Assembly (NCBI GenBank): GCA_030141605.1
Contig: JAQGDQ010000011.1
Span: 554,066-618,065, forward strand
Direction of reading: 5' to 3'
Source of the DNA: Tubiluchus corallicola
Lineage: Eukaryota; Animalia; Priapulida
Length of the DNA: 64,000 nucleotides
The notes beneath the pieces are model-generated. The model searched no databases. It was not told the DNA's origin and saw only the letters and a list, made by a program, of their open reading frames with translations. This document shows, piece after piece, positions 1 through 17,200 of this stretch. The translations under genes and the position numbers were made by a program. How positions within the stretch are numbered: the stretch's first letter is position 1; each line of letters begins with the position of its first letter.

Positions 1-703
1 ATGCAGTAAGGTTTAAGTTTGATGTAAAATATTAGGATTTAATGATGCTATTAAATGATATATAAGTTGAATAATCGAACAATGTGTTGCACGAAGGCAT
101 GCAAAAATCTTATGCGAAGGTATGTTATGGTCGGATGGCGCAAATTACATGCCTGAATTATTAATAAATAGCGACGGTGACACACTTATGATTTTTGTTG
201 ACACGCGATTGCTTACTTACAATTTTAGTTGTTTACACTTAAGAAAGTAAGCCGACGGCACTTACGATTTTATTTGACAAGATTTAGATACAAAAGTGCG
301 TAGTGTATCGGTGCACCAAGGTTGAATCGCGCATGTGTGTGACGTTAGTAAAGTGTGATAATACATGCGATTCAAGTGTGTGGTGTAACATAGTAAAAGG
401 GTGCTGCATAATTGAGTCAAGATGCATCGACACTGTAAGATATTTCATTATACAATGGTGCAAAAATTACAATGGCTTCAAATAATCAAGTCAAATGGAG
501 TGGCCCAAGTATGATGCAAATTAATGCAAAATGGTGTCATGCGAATTATCAAACTGTGCGGCAAGTTAGTGCGTGAGTACATGCAAACAGTTGTGCACTG
601 TGCTGTGAAAATTGTGAAATCACGAAGCATTAGTGCATCGCAAATTTCAGCTCTATAGTAAAGCTATGGTACAATGTGCTATGTGCCAGACTTTGCAACA
701 TAC

Positions 704-4953
<4,250 letters not shown>

Positions 4954-6269
4954 CTAACATAACCCCAATATAAAAAATATTAACATTATTGTACTGCTAT
5001 CATAAAACTATTCTTCTATTCTAACTGAATAACATTTCAAACAGTGTAATAGACCTCAAGAAAGCAGAAAAGCTAGTTTTTTTTTATCGGTACTAAAGTG
5101 TAAATAACTCAAACTTTATCAAGAAGAACCTTCATTTTATACAGAGATACATAGAAAGAGAGCTAGAATTTAGTGCACAAACATGAGCCGTGGATCATTT
5201 GGGTCACTAAATTGCTGTGGGTCTCGTAAATGTACATTTAATGCTGGACCGAAGTGACCCTGTGGTCATCACTTGCTTAGGTCACAATTTTTCAGGTGCG
5301 ACCAATTGCATTTCACAAATGGTCCATTTTAACCTGGAAATACTATAGAAAACCTGAAAAATTAGATTGTTAAGGCATACTTTTTTACTATTTTAAAATG
5401 CAATGCTATGCCAGGACCCTTTCAAAAAACGCGTCCTTGGTGAGTTTAAATGTGGTTGTAAACTACCTCTTTTATCAGTCATACATTGAAGAAGCCATTA
5501 CAACAACACGTTTTCAAAAGCACTAAGGCTATTCACTTGTCAAATGTCAATGCTTACTTTGCGGAAGTTACGAAACATACAATGGTTTTCTGAAGAAACA
5601 TGACACCATCTCATACAAAGGTTTCTCGCTGTGAAACATTAAAGAGCTTGGGTTTTCTGATTTTGAGTGATAAACTTCTGAGACTTCGTTTCATGTTATG
5701 CCTAATTAGTTTTTAACTGTATGCTGTACACGGATTAGCATAATCCAGTGTGTTATTGAAACACAACAATGGTAAAGCAGGAATAATCAGCTCACATTTA
5801 TGAATGCAGAGAATAAAACCTGTATCACAGGTTTATACAGGCTTATAATAGTTGTTATACGATGCGGTGCATTAGTAAGATTAGTTTTGATTTATAGCTA
5901 TATTTAACTGGAGCGCAATCGTAATGATGCATTTTTGTTAGTAATTTAGCCATAAAGAAGCCGCTTTTAAGCTTAAAAGCGTTCAGTGTTGCCGTCTGAA
6001 AATCAGAGTGGTTATGGGGGGGGGGGACCCATTGCAAAATCTGTAAATAAGGCCTTCCTCGTTTTGGGTTTTTAAAATAAGTTAAACAACTAACTTTTAT
6101 TGGCTTATATTTTTCCTATGCCTGTGTTAAGTTAAACAACCTTTTCCCAAGGAGTCCGTAAGAAATTATAAAGAACGTGTGAGCGTCATTGATATCTCTT
6201 TAAGTTTTTGACATTTTAAGCTTTTTACATCATAATAATTATTCTGAATAAGCACAGCAAAAGCCTACG

Positions 6270-6560
6270 ACGAATGAGAATTCGTCTTGAAATTTTGCAT
6301 CACTTACCTATTGCCTTCTTGCGCGCAGAGCTTGTATTATCAACGTGTATAAAATTTGTAATTTAACCTCCCGTGATGACTGTTAGGCGGCCATTTTAAT
6401 GCTAAGTCATTTGAAACAAGTTTAGATACAATTGCGTAAAGTTTGAACAAATAATCAGAGCATTCGAGGTGCACTAACTAAGTACAACTAAAAATTACTG
6501 TAGCTTATCAATAAGATTAAAATACGTTTTTGCTGAGTCATTCTGTGTACACTTTTTCCC
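6270..6560. mobile_element. Copy of a dispersed repeat family (other copies ~16010-16470, ~24020-24250, ~37955-38370, partial ~46855-47010)
   Basis: Shared core GAAACAAGTTTAGATA...TTGCGTAAAGTTTGAAAAAATAATCAGAGCATTCG recurs at the full copies; the partial copy shares the AACTTTGTRTGGAAAGTT tail of the 16 kb and 38 kb copies. Probably a non-autonomous DNA transposon. Confidence 0.7.
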
Positions 6561-8759
6561 TTTTTATTTATTTTTTACTTTGAGCCACGTGAAACCTTGG
6601 CCAAGGCGTTAAGCAGAAGGAGCAGTCATCCAGTGATTTTGTTCAATTGCTGCTTACAGTTAGAAAGCGCCATTATTATTTTCTTGAGTTGATTTTTCAA
6701 CATTTGCTTTCTCCTTTTATAGAAAAGATGAAACAAATGTTTGACAGTGTCACATGAGGCATTTTGTTTTAATGTATGTGTAATTGTATGTTACAAACTC
6801 ATTTGAAGGAATAATTCGTAAACTGTGATAAGAATACTATTATTAGATTATATAATTATGATTAGAATACTGCGAATTTTAACGTTTTCGTGAGTTTTCA
6901 TTTCCAAATTTCATCCGCGTGCGGGGTATAACAGTAAAAGTAAGATTGTGGGGAAACCACAACTTAATGACACGTAGAGAGGCCAACGCCCACAGAAAAT
7001 AAGTTAATATAATCAAATTTCACGTTTCGGCCCTTTTATTCTTAGGCCACGTGTAACTGATCACGGTAACGTTTTTAAAAAAATTTTCTTTATGTGATTA
7101 CTACTAAAGAAGTTAATTTTGTGTTGTTACTGGCGTTTTATGCATTGTTGCAATTTAACTAAAATCGCACTTATTTTTCCTACGTATTCGTTCTAATGAT
7201 TGCCTATGAATAAAAGGACTAAAAACTTAAAGTTTAAATGTGGATTCGTTATTGTGGCAAAGTTTTTCAAGTATATATGTTCGTATTACTGCTGGTTGTA
7301 AACATTAAAATGAAAACAGAAGCAGGATTCGAACTCATGATTTTGTAAATTTTCAGAAAGTAGAAAGTAATACACGCTTACGGAGTTCGCTTCCGAAGCA
7401 AATCTCTCAAAATATCAGTAACTATGCATACTAGCAAATGTGAAGATCATAATTATTATCGTTTGAATTTGGATCACAGTGTTCTAAGCATAATGAGTAG
7501 CACTTAATGTCTAATACTAATATTAATACCAACGAACTTACGTTGATAACCATGACTGTGATATGGTCGGGATTTGTAGTAAGCTCCGTAACCGTCATGT
7601 GCCGCTGCAATAGCTGCAAAAGCGAGGAAGAGTGTAAGACGATACATGTTCCTGAAAAAGAATTGGAAAATGTTACAAACATTTGATATAACATTCGTAA
7701 ACCATCAAAACATGGTGGCAGCGTGTCAACGAGTAAAAAACGCTCAGCGAAAAAAATAACAAGAAAAATTATAGAGAGCATTTTTACTCAAAACGCCGCA
7801 TTTTGTAGCAGCTGTGTTGCAAGCAAACAGTTTTTGTCGCGTGTTTCTAAAACGTATTTCAGAAACACATTAGATTATATCTGCTTTGGTGACTTCACTT
7901 CTGCGACTGAAGTTTTACAAAATAAGCACCATTATTGGTTGCTACATGGTTGCTACATATTATTTTTTCACTGTTGTCAATAAGCTTCAACAATTAAAAA
8001 CGAATTTATGCGCACAATTACATAAAATTAACACAAGCCAATTTTTCCTTCTCCAAACAAAAAAACTAATTTAGTATAACTTTATTACACGAACGCTTAA
8101 AATTTGTAATACCACCAATCATTGATTCATTATTAACTCGCGAAAGATCTTTAAGATTAAGCGCTATTAAACTTGCGCATAATTGAATTAATCTCTAATC
8201 TGTTGAGCGATTAAAAACAGCACACAAACGCCTTACTTGTGTTTTCTTTCTGATGAATTTCACTGTGCTGCAAACAAGAATGCATTAAAGCGAATCGCTC
8301 ATCAATTTTATACCGGACAACTCAATTTAAATTCATAAACAGCATCGTCTGACCATAGCCCACTTTTCAGCCACTCGTTGAAGACTCTATTGTCTATAGA
8401 CATAAATGCAGTTACTCGCATTAATACCTAAATTACTCAACCTTGAAGAATAGCAATCATGATAATGCTGTCCAGAAGTTTCCTAATATGATCCGTTACT
8501 GTTAATTCCTGATGATTAGGGCTTAGATCAGGCCAGGGTAAAGTGAGAAAATATGACACGCACTAGTTCCCGTGATGTTCGAAAAAATTTCGGTTTTTTT
8601 AGCCGGTTCATTTATAGAACAAATCGGCAATTTGCTGAGCTGGAAATCAAAAATTACTAAATGACGGATTAATTTTGCGGTTAAAAAGCGAAATTTTACG
8701 TTACAGTAATTTTAAGGATTTTAGATTTATGACTCTTACTTTCGTTTTGCTTGCACGCT

Positions 8760-9136
8760 CAGTGGCATAGCTGACCAAGGGGAGCAATCACTTCCCAAAT
8801 CGCATTTTTCAAATCAGCACCTTTTTTCGTGATGCATTTTTCCCAATGTTTCATTTTATTTTCACTTTATGTTCAAAATTAAAAATAATTAAATAACACA
8901 CACGTTTTTATTACGTTTAGAGATTAATGAGTTTGCTCTAAAACTTTTATTGTGTTTTATTTGATTTTACGTACAAAATAACAATATGTACTTCCTTTAA
9001 AACTGTATCTTCCCCGTGTTTTTATTTTAAACACAAAATTAAAATGATATAATCAATGCATTAAAAATTGTTTGGTACGTGTAACGACGCCTTTTTTATG
9101 TGCTCCCCCTAACTTTATGTCCTGGCTATGCCTCTG
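8760..9136. mobile_element. hAT-like MITE
   Basis: TIRs CAGTGGCATAGC / GCTATGCCTCTG with flanking GCACGCT duplication; AT-rich non-coding interior. Confidence 0.7.
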
Positions 9137-10885
9137 CAGCACGCTAGATATACATGTTATGAATAGTGTCCATTGATATTGCTGGCCACTGTAGAATTGA
9201 TTAACTCACGCATTTGTAAATTCAAAAAACAGTACTAGTGGTTGTATAGCTATACTTCTTTTCACTAACCTAATTTTTCTTATTGGGAATTTGTTTTTCT
9301 TTGTGTGCTGCTAAAACGAAAGAAACACATATAGTTTTACAACGACTTCTTTAATTATCAGAAGCAGGATGTTGCTTGTATAAAGAAGAGTTTGTTTTCT
9401 AGGTCTGCTTGTACAACATAGAAAACGAATTTGTCACAAAAGTCCTTGGTGGTTGATATGTTCGTTTGAAATATGCAAAATTCTAAATATTTGTGATTTT
9501 GGAAGTTTTATTAAATATCGCTTGTAAGTGACAAAAAGTCCTTATGTTTATGACTTTGAATAAATTTACTCTGATTTGCATTTAGATTATGTCCCAGTTT
9601 TTGAATGTGTTACTGTTAAAAGTTGCCATAATTGTTGTAAGGTTGTTAATTTTTTATGTCGAAAGCACTAAAATAATACAATATTATAAGTTATCAAGAC
9701 AGACAGCTAGGCAGACAAGCAAAGTAGGTGGTGCTTGTAAAAATCTATCAACGTTTCTTCTGCGGGGCAAATCGTCATCTAGGCCTTGCTTCTAAAATCT
9801 ATCTGCAAGTAGAGTAACAGGTGGGTCAACTATTTACTATGCCACGCTATTGTGCAGCACTATCTTTATAACACACTATCTTATTACTATGACGAATCCG
9901 TTTGATGATATAATAAAGCTTCAAACGGTTTCTGGTGAAACAGTTGTTTAGGTCTGTGAAATTACAAAATTAACATGGTGTCAACAATAGGAACAATTTA
10001 ATTTCTAAAAGTGTCAGGTTCGGTTTTCTACACTGTTATTAAAAAAATGCATTGTTAGCCTGCGGTCTTGGATAAAGCAGGTGCATCGTTGTCAGAGAAA
10101 GACAATTCAGACAACACACTGGGTTACTCGGTCAAATATACTTCTTAATAAATATTAATAATGAGACTGATAAGTGTCCTCGCTTGTTGACAACTTTATG
10201 AGTTTTTATCAAACAGCAAAGTAATTAATCAAATTTTATATTCGCAAAGATGTGAACGTGCCCTAAGAATAATAATGAATCATTTCATTTCGTGCTTTTA
10301 CTTTCTTGTCAGCGACCCAGTTATGAAACGCTAGCCCAGCTAGAGCTGTAGTGCAGAGACATATGAATAAGTTATTTTATCCGTTGATTGTCTATATGTT
10401 TTTGTAATTATGCAGCCTAGGATATAGCGGAGGCGCCCTGGTGTTCCTAAAGTGTGCATGTAAATTAAGCTATAGGGTATAGCTGCAGTTACTTAAAACT
10501 AATTTTGGCCAGTCATGCTTGGCTTACACGTGGTCAGTAATTTGGAATCAACTAACTGTTCATATACGTCATTGTGCAAATATGAAAGTGTTAAAATTGA
10601 GTTTATAACATTTGCATGACAAAATTTTCTTTTAACGCATTGAAGTATTGTTAACTTAACTGACTGTGTGTTAGGCACACATGTTTAACAAAATTTAAAT
10701 TATGGGTGTTAAATAATTCATTTCTAGTACCAAACTGGGAAGTTTTGCAACCTCGTCTAAACACTTTGTTGCATATTAAGTATCTAATCTGTGATTATTG
10801 TTGTGCAGTGCCTGTTGACACAGGGCCTGTTGTAAAGAGTACAGTAACTGTGCTCAGTTAAGTTTATCTTGTTTAAAGTTTTTGC

Positions 10886-10986
<101 letters not shown>

Positions 10987-11649
10987 TACTTATAACAGCT
11001 TTTGCTTATAAGCTCTAATGCAATTTTATCTCAGATTCTCAATATAGTGACAGCATTCAAACCGCTTTTGACGGAATTCCTACCGCTTTCTGCTTCACTA
11101 GATACCTTATCAGTTGGTACGAAACATGTACTTGCACTCACTCTCAATTACTTTTTCAAACAACATTTGTGTTTTCCCATCTAGCTATCATAAAGTCATT
11201 ATGACTTTACTTTATAACTTTATAAAAGTCATTAACTTTATAATAGTAGACACTAAGTAGCCATCAAACAAATTATGTTGTTTATTTTCATTAATCTCAT
11301 CCGCGCTACAGTAGCTAAACAAAATCATTATGTTGTGTAAAATCCTTTAAGCCGTTGCACTAGAATATTAAACACTAGAATCATCTTCAGCCTTGACTAT
11401 TTTTCCATGAGGATTTAAAGTAATTTGTTAGGCTATTATTTCTTGGACTGAACTTAATTATTGGCATTTAAAAATAGTGTAATCTGTCTGGGATGTCGGA
11501 AACAAACTGTATTTTCAAAGTAGCCATCACCCTCACCCTTAAACTTTGCTTGTGCAACACATTTATTTTATTTCACCCAAAATGTGTTATATACTTGAGT
11601 GACGTCACTTGCTACAAGGAACAAAAACGAAATGTAGCAGAGCTCCGCT

Positions 11650-12340
11650 CGTCATTGTCGTTGCCGTCGTCGTCAACGTTATCGACATCATCATCATTTG
11701 ATAGTCACTCGTTGGATATAATTCTTGTCACCATTCTATTCCATGCTCCCCTGTCACATGCAACGTCCCACGTCTCTGTGTTTTTGATATCAATGGATTG
11801 TTAACCAGACCTTGTTAAATGAAATCAACGAAAGATTTCCTTCTTGTGGTTTTTTTTTCACTTTTTTCAGTGTTTCTTTGATAGGTAATTTTAGTGGGCT
11901 GTCGTCCGGTAGTCATATGACCTGTGGTCCTGTGCTATGTTTCTTAATCTTCTCCTTTTGATGTTCATAGCCCTTTTCTTTGCCATAACTTTATTACCCA
12001 GATGTCAATTTGATATTATCTTTGGCTTTTTTATTCTTTGGAATTTTCCATTATTCCGTCATTGAAATGCGTTAATTAATTATTTTTAATGAACCTTGAT
12101 CCACAGTTATTCTTGTAGGAAAATACAGTTTCCACTAGAGCAGCAAAGATGCTTAACTTCCTTTCTAAACTGCCCGGTTATTTTCAAAAATTTTGCTAAT
12201 TAGAGCTTGCTGTTAGCTCAATTTTTTTCTTGATATATTTGCATCTGTTGTTATGGAAGGCTGCCTAAGTATTTAGATTTTCTTTGTGCATTTTATAGAT
12301 TCTTATTATCTATATTCCTTTTGGTTAATATGAGATTTAT
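11650..12340 (-). mobile_element. Degraded 3' fragment of an RTE-clade LINE
   Basis: Minus-strand remnants KYLGSL, INAFQ, LPDDSPLK and WDVACDRGAWNRMV* match the C-terminal pattern of RTE ORFs; followed by a (GAT/GAC)n tail. Many stops and frameshifts. Confidence 0.65.
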
Positions 12341-12364
12341 TTCTAATCCGGGAGCCCAAGACTC

Positions 12365-12631
12365 AAAAAATTAATTTCATTCGCTCAGTCTGGTAACCAT
12401 TTTTTAACTGCAAAACAGATAGTAATCACCAAGGTCTTCTCTATTATCAGACAGTAAACACTAAGCTCTTCTCTGTCATCAGACAGTAATCACTAAGGTA
12501 TTCTCTACCATCAGACAGTAATCACTAAGGTCTTCTCTACCATCAGACAGTAATCACTAAGGTCTTCTCTATCGTCTGATGTACTGTAGTAATAAACAGG
12601 TTACCAGACTGGGCAAACGAAACTCATTTTT
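12365..12631. mobile_element. TIR element (MITE) with internal 5 x 32-bp tandem array
   Basis: Imperfect ~33-bp TIRs (...TTCGCTCAGTCTGGTAACC / GGTTACCAGACTGGGCAAACG...) enclose CAGACAGTAATCACTAAGGTCTTCTCTACCAT x5 at 12416-12575. Confidence 0.8.
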
Positions 12632-13527
12632 CTGCACTTGCTTTGAACTTGGACTATTCACATAGTTTTGTTTCCGTTTTGATAATTATATTGCTATCTA
12701 ATGCACTACAGACTATAGCCATTAAAAACAGCAAAACACGTGCCAATATTGTTTATAGTTGTTTACATGAAAACATGTGCAGCATACCAGCAGCTGTATA
12801 ACATCACAGATACTCAAAATTTTTCTTGAGTATTGCAAAACTGATCAACTACATTTATTAATATTTCAGTTACTAATAAGCGAATGTAAAACCAGTGACA
12901 CGATTAGTTATATCAATCGAATTATTATTCAAAGATGTATACGGTAAAAACCTTTGCAGCTATTTAGTTTGGCTTTAAACATATCTTTATTATTGTGTAG
13001 CTTTTTATACAGCTTGACTGTTAAATAGTTCTAATTTCCGTAACAACCTGTCATTTATTGACTGGAATAAAATGCTGGAGTCTCAGCAGTAAAAATAACA
13101 CGTATAAGCAGAAACCTACTAGCAGGTAAACGCACTGCCTCTCCGGTGACATTATTACACGTTTATAGCCAGTATCTATAATGGTGTTTTTTCACCGGTA
13201 AACAACACTTTTTCACGCGCATGAACGAAGTGGAAATCAATTCCTGTACGTGACGGAAACGACTCTAATTATGTTGCAAACGTGTAGTGTGAATGACGAA
13301 GTTTTCGAATCATGTTTCATTGAAGGAAATATGTGGTTTCCTGCAAGCTTGTTATTTCTTGTGAGACATAAAATATCATGCACTTCTTCTCAAATCACTT
13401 TTATTCACTGTAAAGGAGATAAACTGCTAACAGAAAATCAGAAAGTTGTGAGGAAAACGAAGATGGCAATGATCTTTTAATGACTTTTTGTGAAAACTTA
13501 TTCTTTTTGACTTTAGGACATTTTAAC

Positions 13528-14290
13528 TTATATAAGTGCCTCTATAATTATAATTGCACTTTGTATTGCAACGAAGCAGGCTTTTGAGTAAAATACTGGA
13601 TTCTGTACTGATCCTCGCTGTGCATAATGAAATATTGGCATACTGTTTAAGCTTGGTGCGCACAAACTCCGGCTCAGCACCACTTCCGTTCTAATGTAGG
13701 ATGCTCGACAAGACGTTTGGGAAACCTTTTTAAGCCAAATTTCTGTTGTGGTTTGTTTGTCAGTAATAGATTCATTTCAGCTTTCAATAGTGGCCTGCGT
13801 ATTCGTAAAATCTACACCATCTGCCTCCATTACTTCCATACATATTCTAGCAGACTTACTTTTACTTTTCTAATACACGCTTTGAGTTAAAATACATTTG
13901 TAGATTTTTGACTTACGAATCAGAGCATATGATAATATCCAGATCACTCTCTGATTATGGCCTTACGTTATATAATTAAATAGTACTTACTTATTGTTCT
14001 TGATCATCGCTACTTAGTCTACTACAACTGTAAATTTATAAGCAAAAATGTTTAGCTATCTTTGTTTAGCTTACCTAAGCATATTTGGAATGTCTCTACA
14101 GAAATAATTCAATTGTAACAAAAATGTTGACATATGACAAAAACACGGGACCAAATACATCGATCCCTGTTTTGTCCCCGAGTTTACTCTATGCTGGAAG
14201 CGGTTACTGTGTGTCTGCAATCTCAATGTGAAGAATCGTATCTGTCTGTGAACAATCTCTGTAGCTCGAGTCGTTGTAGAATCCACACGG
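13528..14290 (-). other. Candidate spliced non-coding or decayed multi-exon locus
   Basis: Successive minus-strand AG...GT(A)-bounded exons 14159-14290, 14075-14095, 13991-14027, 13917-13950 and <=13869, separated by 63, 47, ~40-44 and 47-nt introns. No continuous ORF. Confidence 0.35.
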
Positions 14291-17200
14291 CTAAAAATTT
14301 AAAAGTAAGCGCCACTTGCGATCATAAACGATGTTTTGTTTTATCTTTTGAACGGTTATATTTTGGAATCAGTTAATTTCATAAAGTGTTCAATCAGTTC
14401 ATTCAACATTTGAGTTCATAAAAGCACAGTTCACCGTCAAAAGTTATCTTGTCCAAAGTACTGTGTATGAATCTTAAATACAATGAAATAGATATTATAT
14501 AGCTAAAAGTTTACAAGTTAGATAGGTGTGTAGGCTCTCACTTTTTCCTGAGAAATTTTGCGTATGCTTAAAATGGCGCAAGACAGAAAAATGTTTGCAT
14601 TATTGAAGATGCCTGGCACAACACCATGAACATCGGTGGATAGAAGCTCTCTTGGTACCCCTCTAATAAGATCCATTCTAGCTTCAACCACCGTACAGAG
14701 ATGTGGCCCACATAAATTCTATGTAGGCGCAGTGGTGAAAAGAGCGGTATATCATTAACTGCATTATATGCATTATATTCACTAGCACTTTAGCTTTAAA
14801 AGGCTTTTCTCTATGGTAGCTTCATACAGCTTCATGGTCAAATATACAAAAAGTTAATTATACTATTATCTTTCAGCATTTTCCCTTACAATACCGGAGA
14901 ATTTTGCATCATTAAGCATTTATTTAATTAGTAAACGTTATGGCTCTATAGAGCTCCTTGACTCAAATGAAACGATAATAATTTCTGCCATTTACTCAAC
15001 AAATACCCCTTGTTTCTAAAAAAAGTAATTTGATCGTACATCCTTTGTTGTGGGTTGTTAGACACGGATTGTGAAAAGCGAAGATCGCAAGATGAAAATC
15101 GTCAGATAATGATGAAATCTTGTAAAACTGAAAACAAAAATTGGCAACTCGGATGTCCTTGATAATTGGTCTATGTTTGTCGCTATATTTCCGCAACATT
15201 AATGGGTTTACGACAGAAAAACGATTTTTGAAAGCAATTTTCTGCTTAAGTGTAATTGCTTTAAAATCTCTAGATATGAAATTGTGAACAAGAAAATGTA
15301 AACAGGTTTAGTTGTTTATTTGTTACTTCTGTTTACACTTTTGTACACGTTTTTGCTCCTCTTTTTGTCGAAATCAGTGTCCAGTGTCCACTCATACAGA
15401 CGTCCAGCACATGTACAAGAAGTTCTTTGTTCTATTTTAGCAGTTAAACGCTGGGCAAGCGAAAATTATGAGGTACAATAATTGTAATAACTAAAATAGT
15501 TGTACAAGATGTTAGTGCCTTCAAATTAGCCTTTAAGCGTAATTAGAGTTAAATAATTATGTCTAATTAAGTAAGTGATGGTGTTAATTGTAACAATAAA
15601 ATTAAATATTAATTGTACTGCAATATACATGGTCAGTATCATTTTGCATTAGTGCAACTAGTAGTCCAGCATGAGACTGATTGCTTAAAACGAGAAATTG
15701 ATTTAATAACTATTTAATTGTTAAATATAAGATTATTATTAATGAAATTAATAAAAATATTTTGAAACCGAAAATAGCCTGTCTTTTTTTAATTTGATTT
15801 TCGCATTAATGGATTAGGTCGTCTTAAATTTAAGTTAATAACAGTTTCCAATTGGTAGCTTTTAAATTTAAATAATTTTATCTTGTCAGCTTTAGCAGAG
15901 AGTTCGCTTTTTCTAAGGTGGGTCAGACGATATAATAAGCGACCGTCACCGTTGCCGGCTCTTTAAACGACAAGAAAACTTTCTTCATAAATAAAGCTCA
16001 AAAAATTCATATTGAAATTTTATCACTAGCATGCTATGTTATTGCATACAGGGCTATTTTAGCAGTCCCGGAATGACAGTTAGGAGCAGCCATTTTAACA
16101 GTAAGTTGTTTGAAACAAGGTTAGGTAATATTACATAAAGTTTGAAAAAAATAATCAGAGCATTCGTAAACACACTCTTTGCTGACAAAACAAATACACA
16201 AGTTATTTTATATTGTCAATAAGATTCATAGTATGTTTTGTAGTGAGCCAGTGACGTTTTTGGTGCATACTGGGGTGGTGGTACAAATACGTGTTACCTG
16301 TTGGCGCGATTATTTTAAATTATTAAGAATTTTCTTTTCCAATTACATAAGTCTTTCAAACAGAATATATAACTGATATATAACAGAATATATGTAACTT
16401 TGTATGGAAAGTTCTTTGGGATATGCTTTAGTGATTCCCCTTTCTTCGACTTTACCACACTGTATGTTTGCACAAACTAACGACTAGTTCCGTTTTTTTT
16501 CTTTCTTACTGCTTACTGATTTCCTTCTGCGCTACTTACTATAACAATCTAGTAACCTCACAAAAATATTGCAGCGTATTGATTTGGGTTTACGATTTGC
16601 GCACTTCCGCTGGAAGGGCTAATTAAGTAAAATTGCGTCATTATAAAATGCACGTTTGTAATTAATATTCGGTAGGAAGACAATTTAGAAGACCACTAAG
16701 CGATTAATAGTGAAACTAATTGCACCTTTTGTCATGTTAATGAATGCATACAGTTATGACTAGAAGGGTTTTGTTTTAGGTGATTGGCTAATATTTTGCA
16801 CGTGATCAAGTGAAGTGGCTCAACTGATTGATCATTTAGAGCTGATTAAATGAACCAATTGTTTTGATATGCTGATGAGTTTATTTGAATGCTTTTATTT
16901 TAAAACTTGTAGGCCATTTAGTTCAAATTAAAGCACAGCTCACCCAACTCCTGAAAAGCTCAGACATTTACGTTTGATTTGCAGCTGCTTTCTTGTCTGC
17001 TGGCTGGTTGATTAGTTGATTGGTCGACTGTGGGCTTGGTTGATTGGTCGGTCGGTCGTTTGGTCCGGTAGTTGGTTGGTTGATTGATTAGTTAGCTGGT
17101 TAATATGTTGGTTGGTTAGTTGTGTGAACGGAGACCACCGCCCAACCAACCAGCCTCGCAGCAAAAATGAATCAGCCAATCAAGCAAGCAAACAACCAAC

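Noticed and set aside
1-700. GTGC/ATGC-rich stretch with weak ~80-bp similarity and short Cys-rich ORFs
   Set aside because: No EGF pattern or convincing splice pair; treated as degenerate intronic repeat.
7315-7345. B-box-like GAGTTCGAATCC on the minus strand
   Set aside because: No cloverleaf or A box; at most a SINE relic, not a tRNA.
12416-12575. 32-bp repeats as a CRISPR array
   Set aside because: Head-to-tail with no spacers, no cas genes, eukaryotic context.
13777-13779. Genome-wide TGA reassignment suggested by in-frame TGAs in several candidate exons
   Set aside because: The ~782-codon HECTD2 CDS has no internal TGA and uses TGG at conserved Trp positions; the standard code fits.
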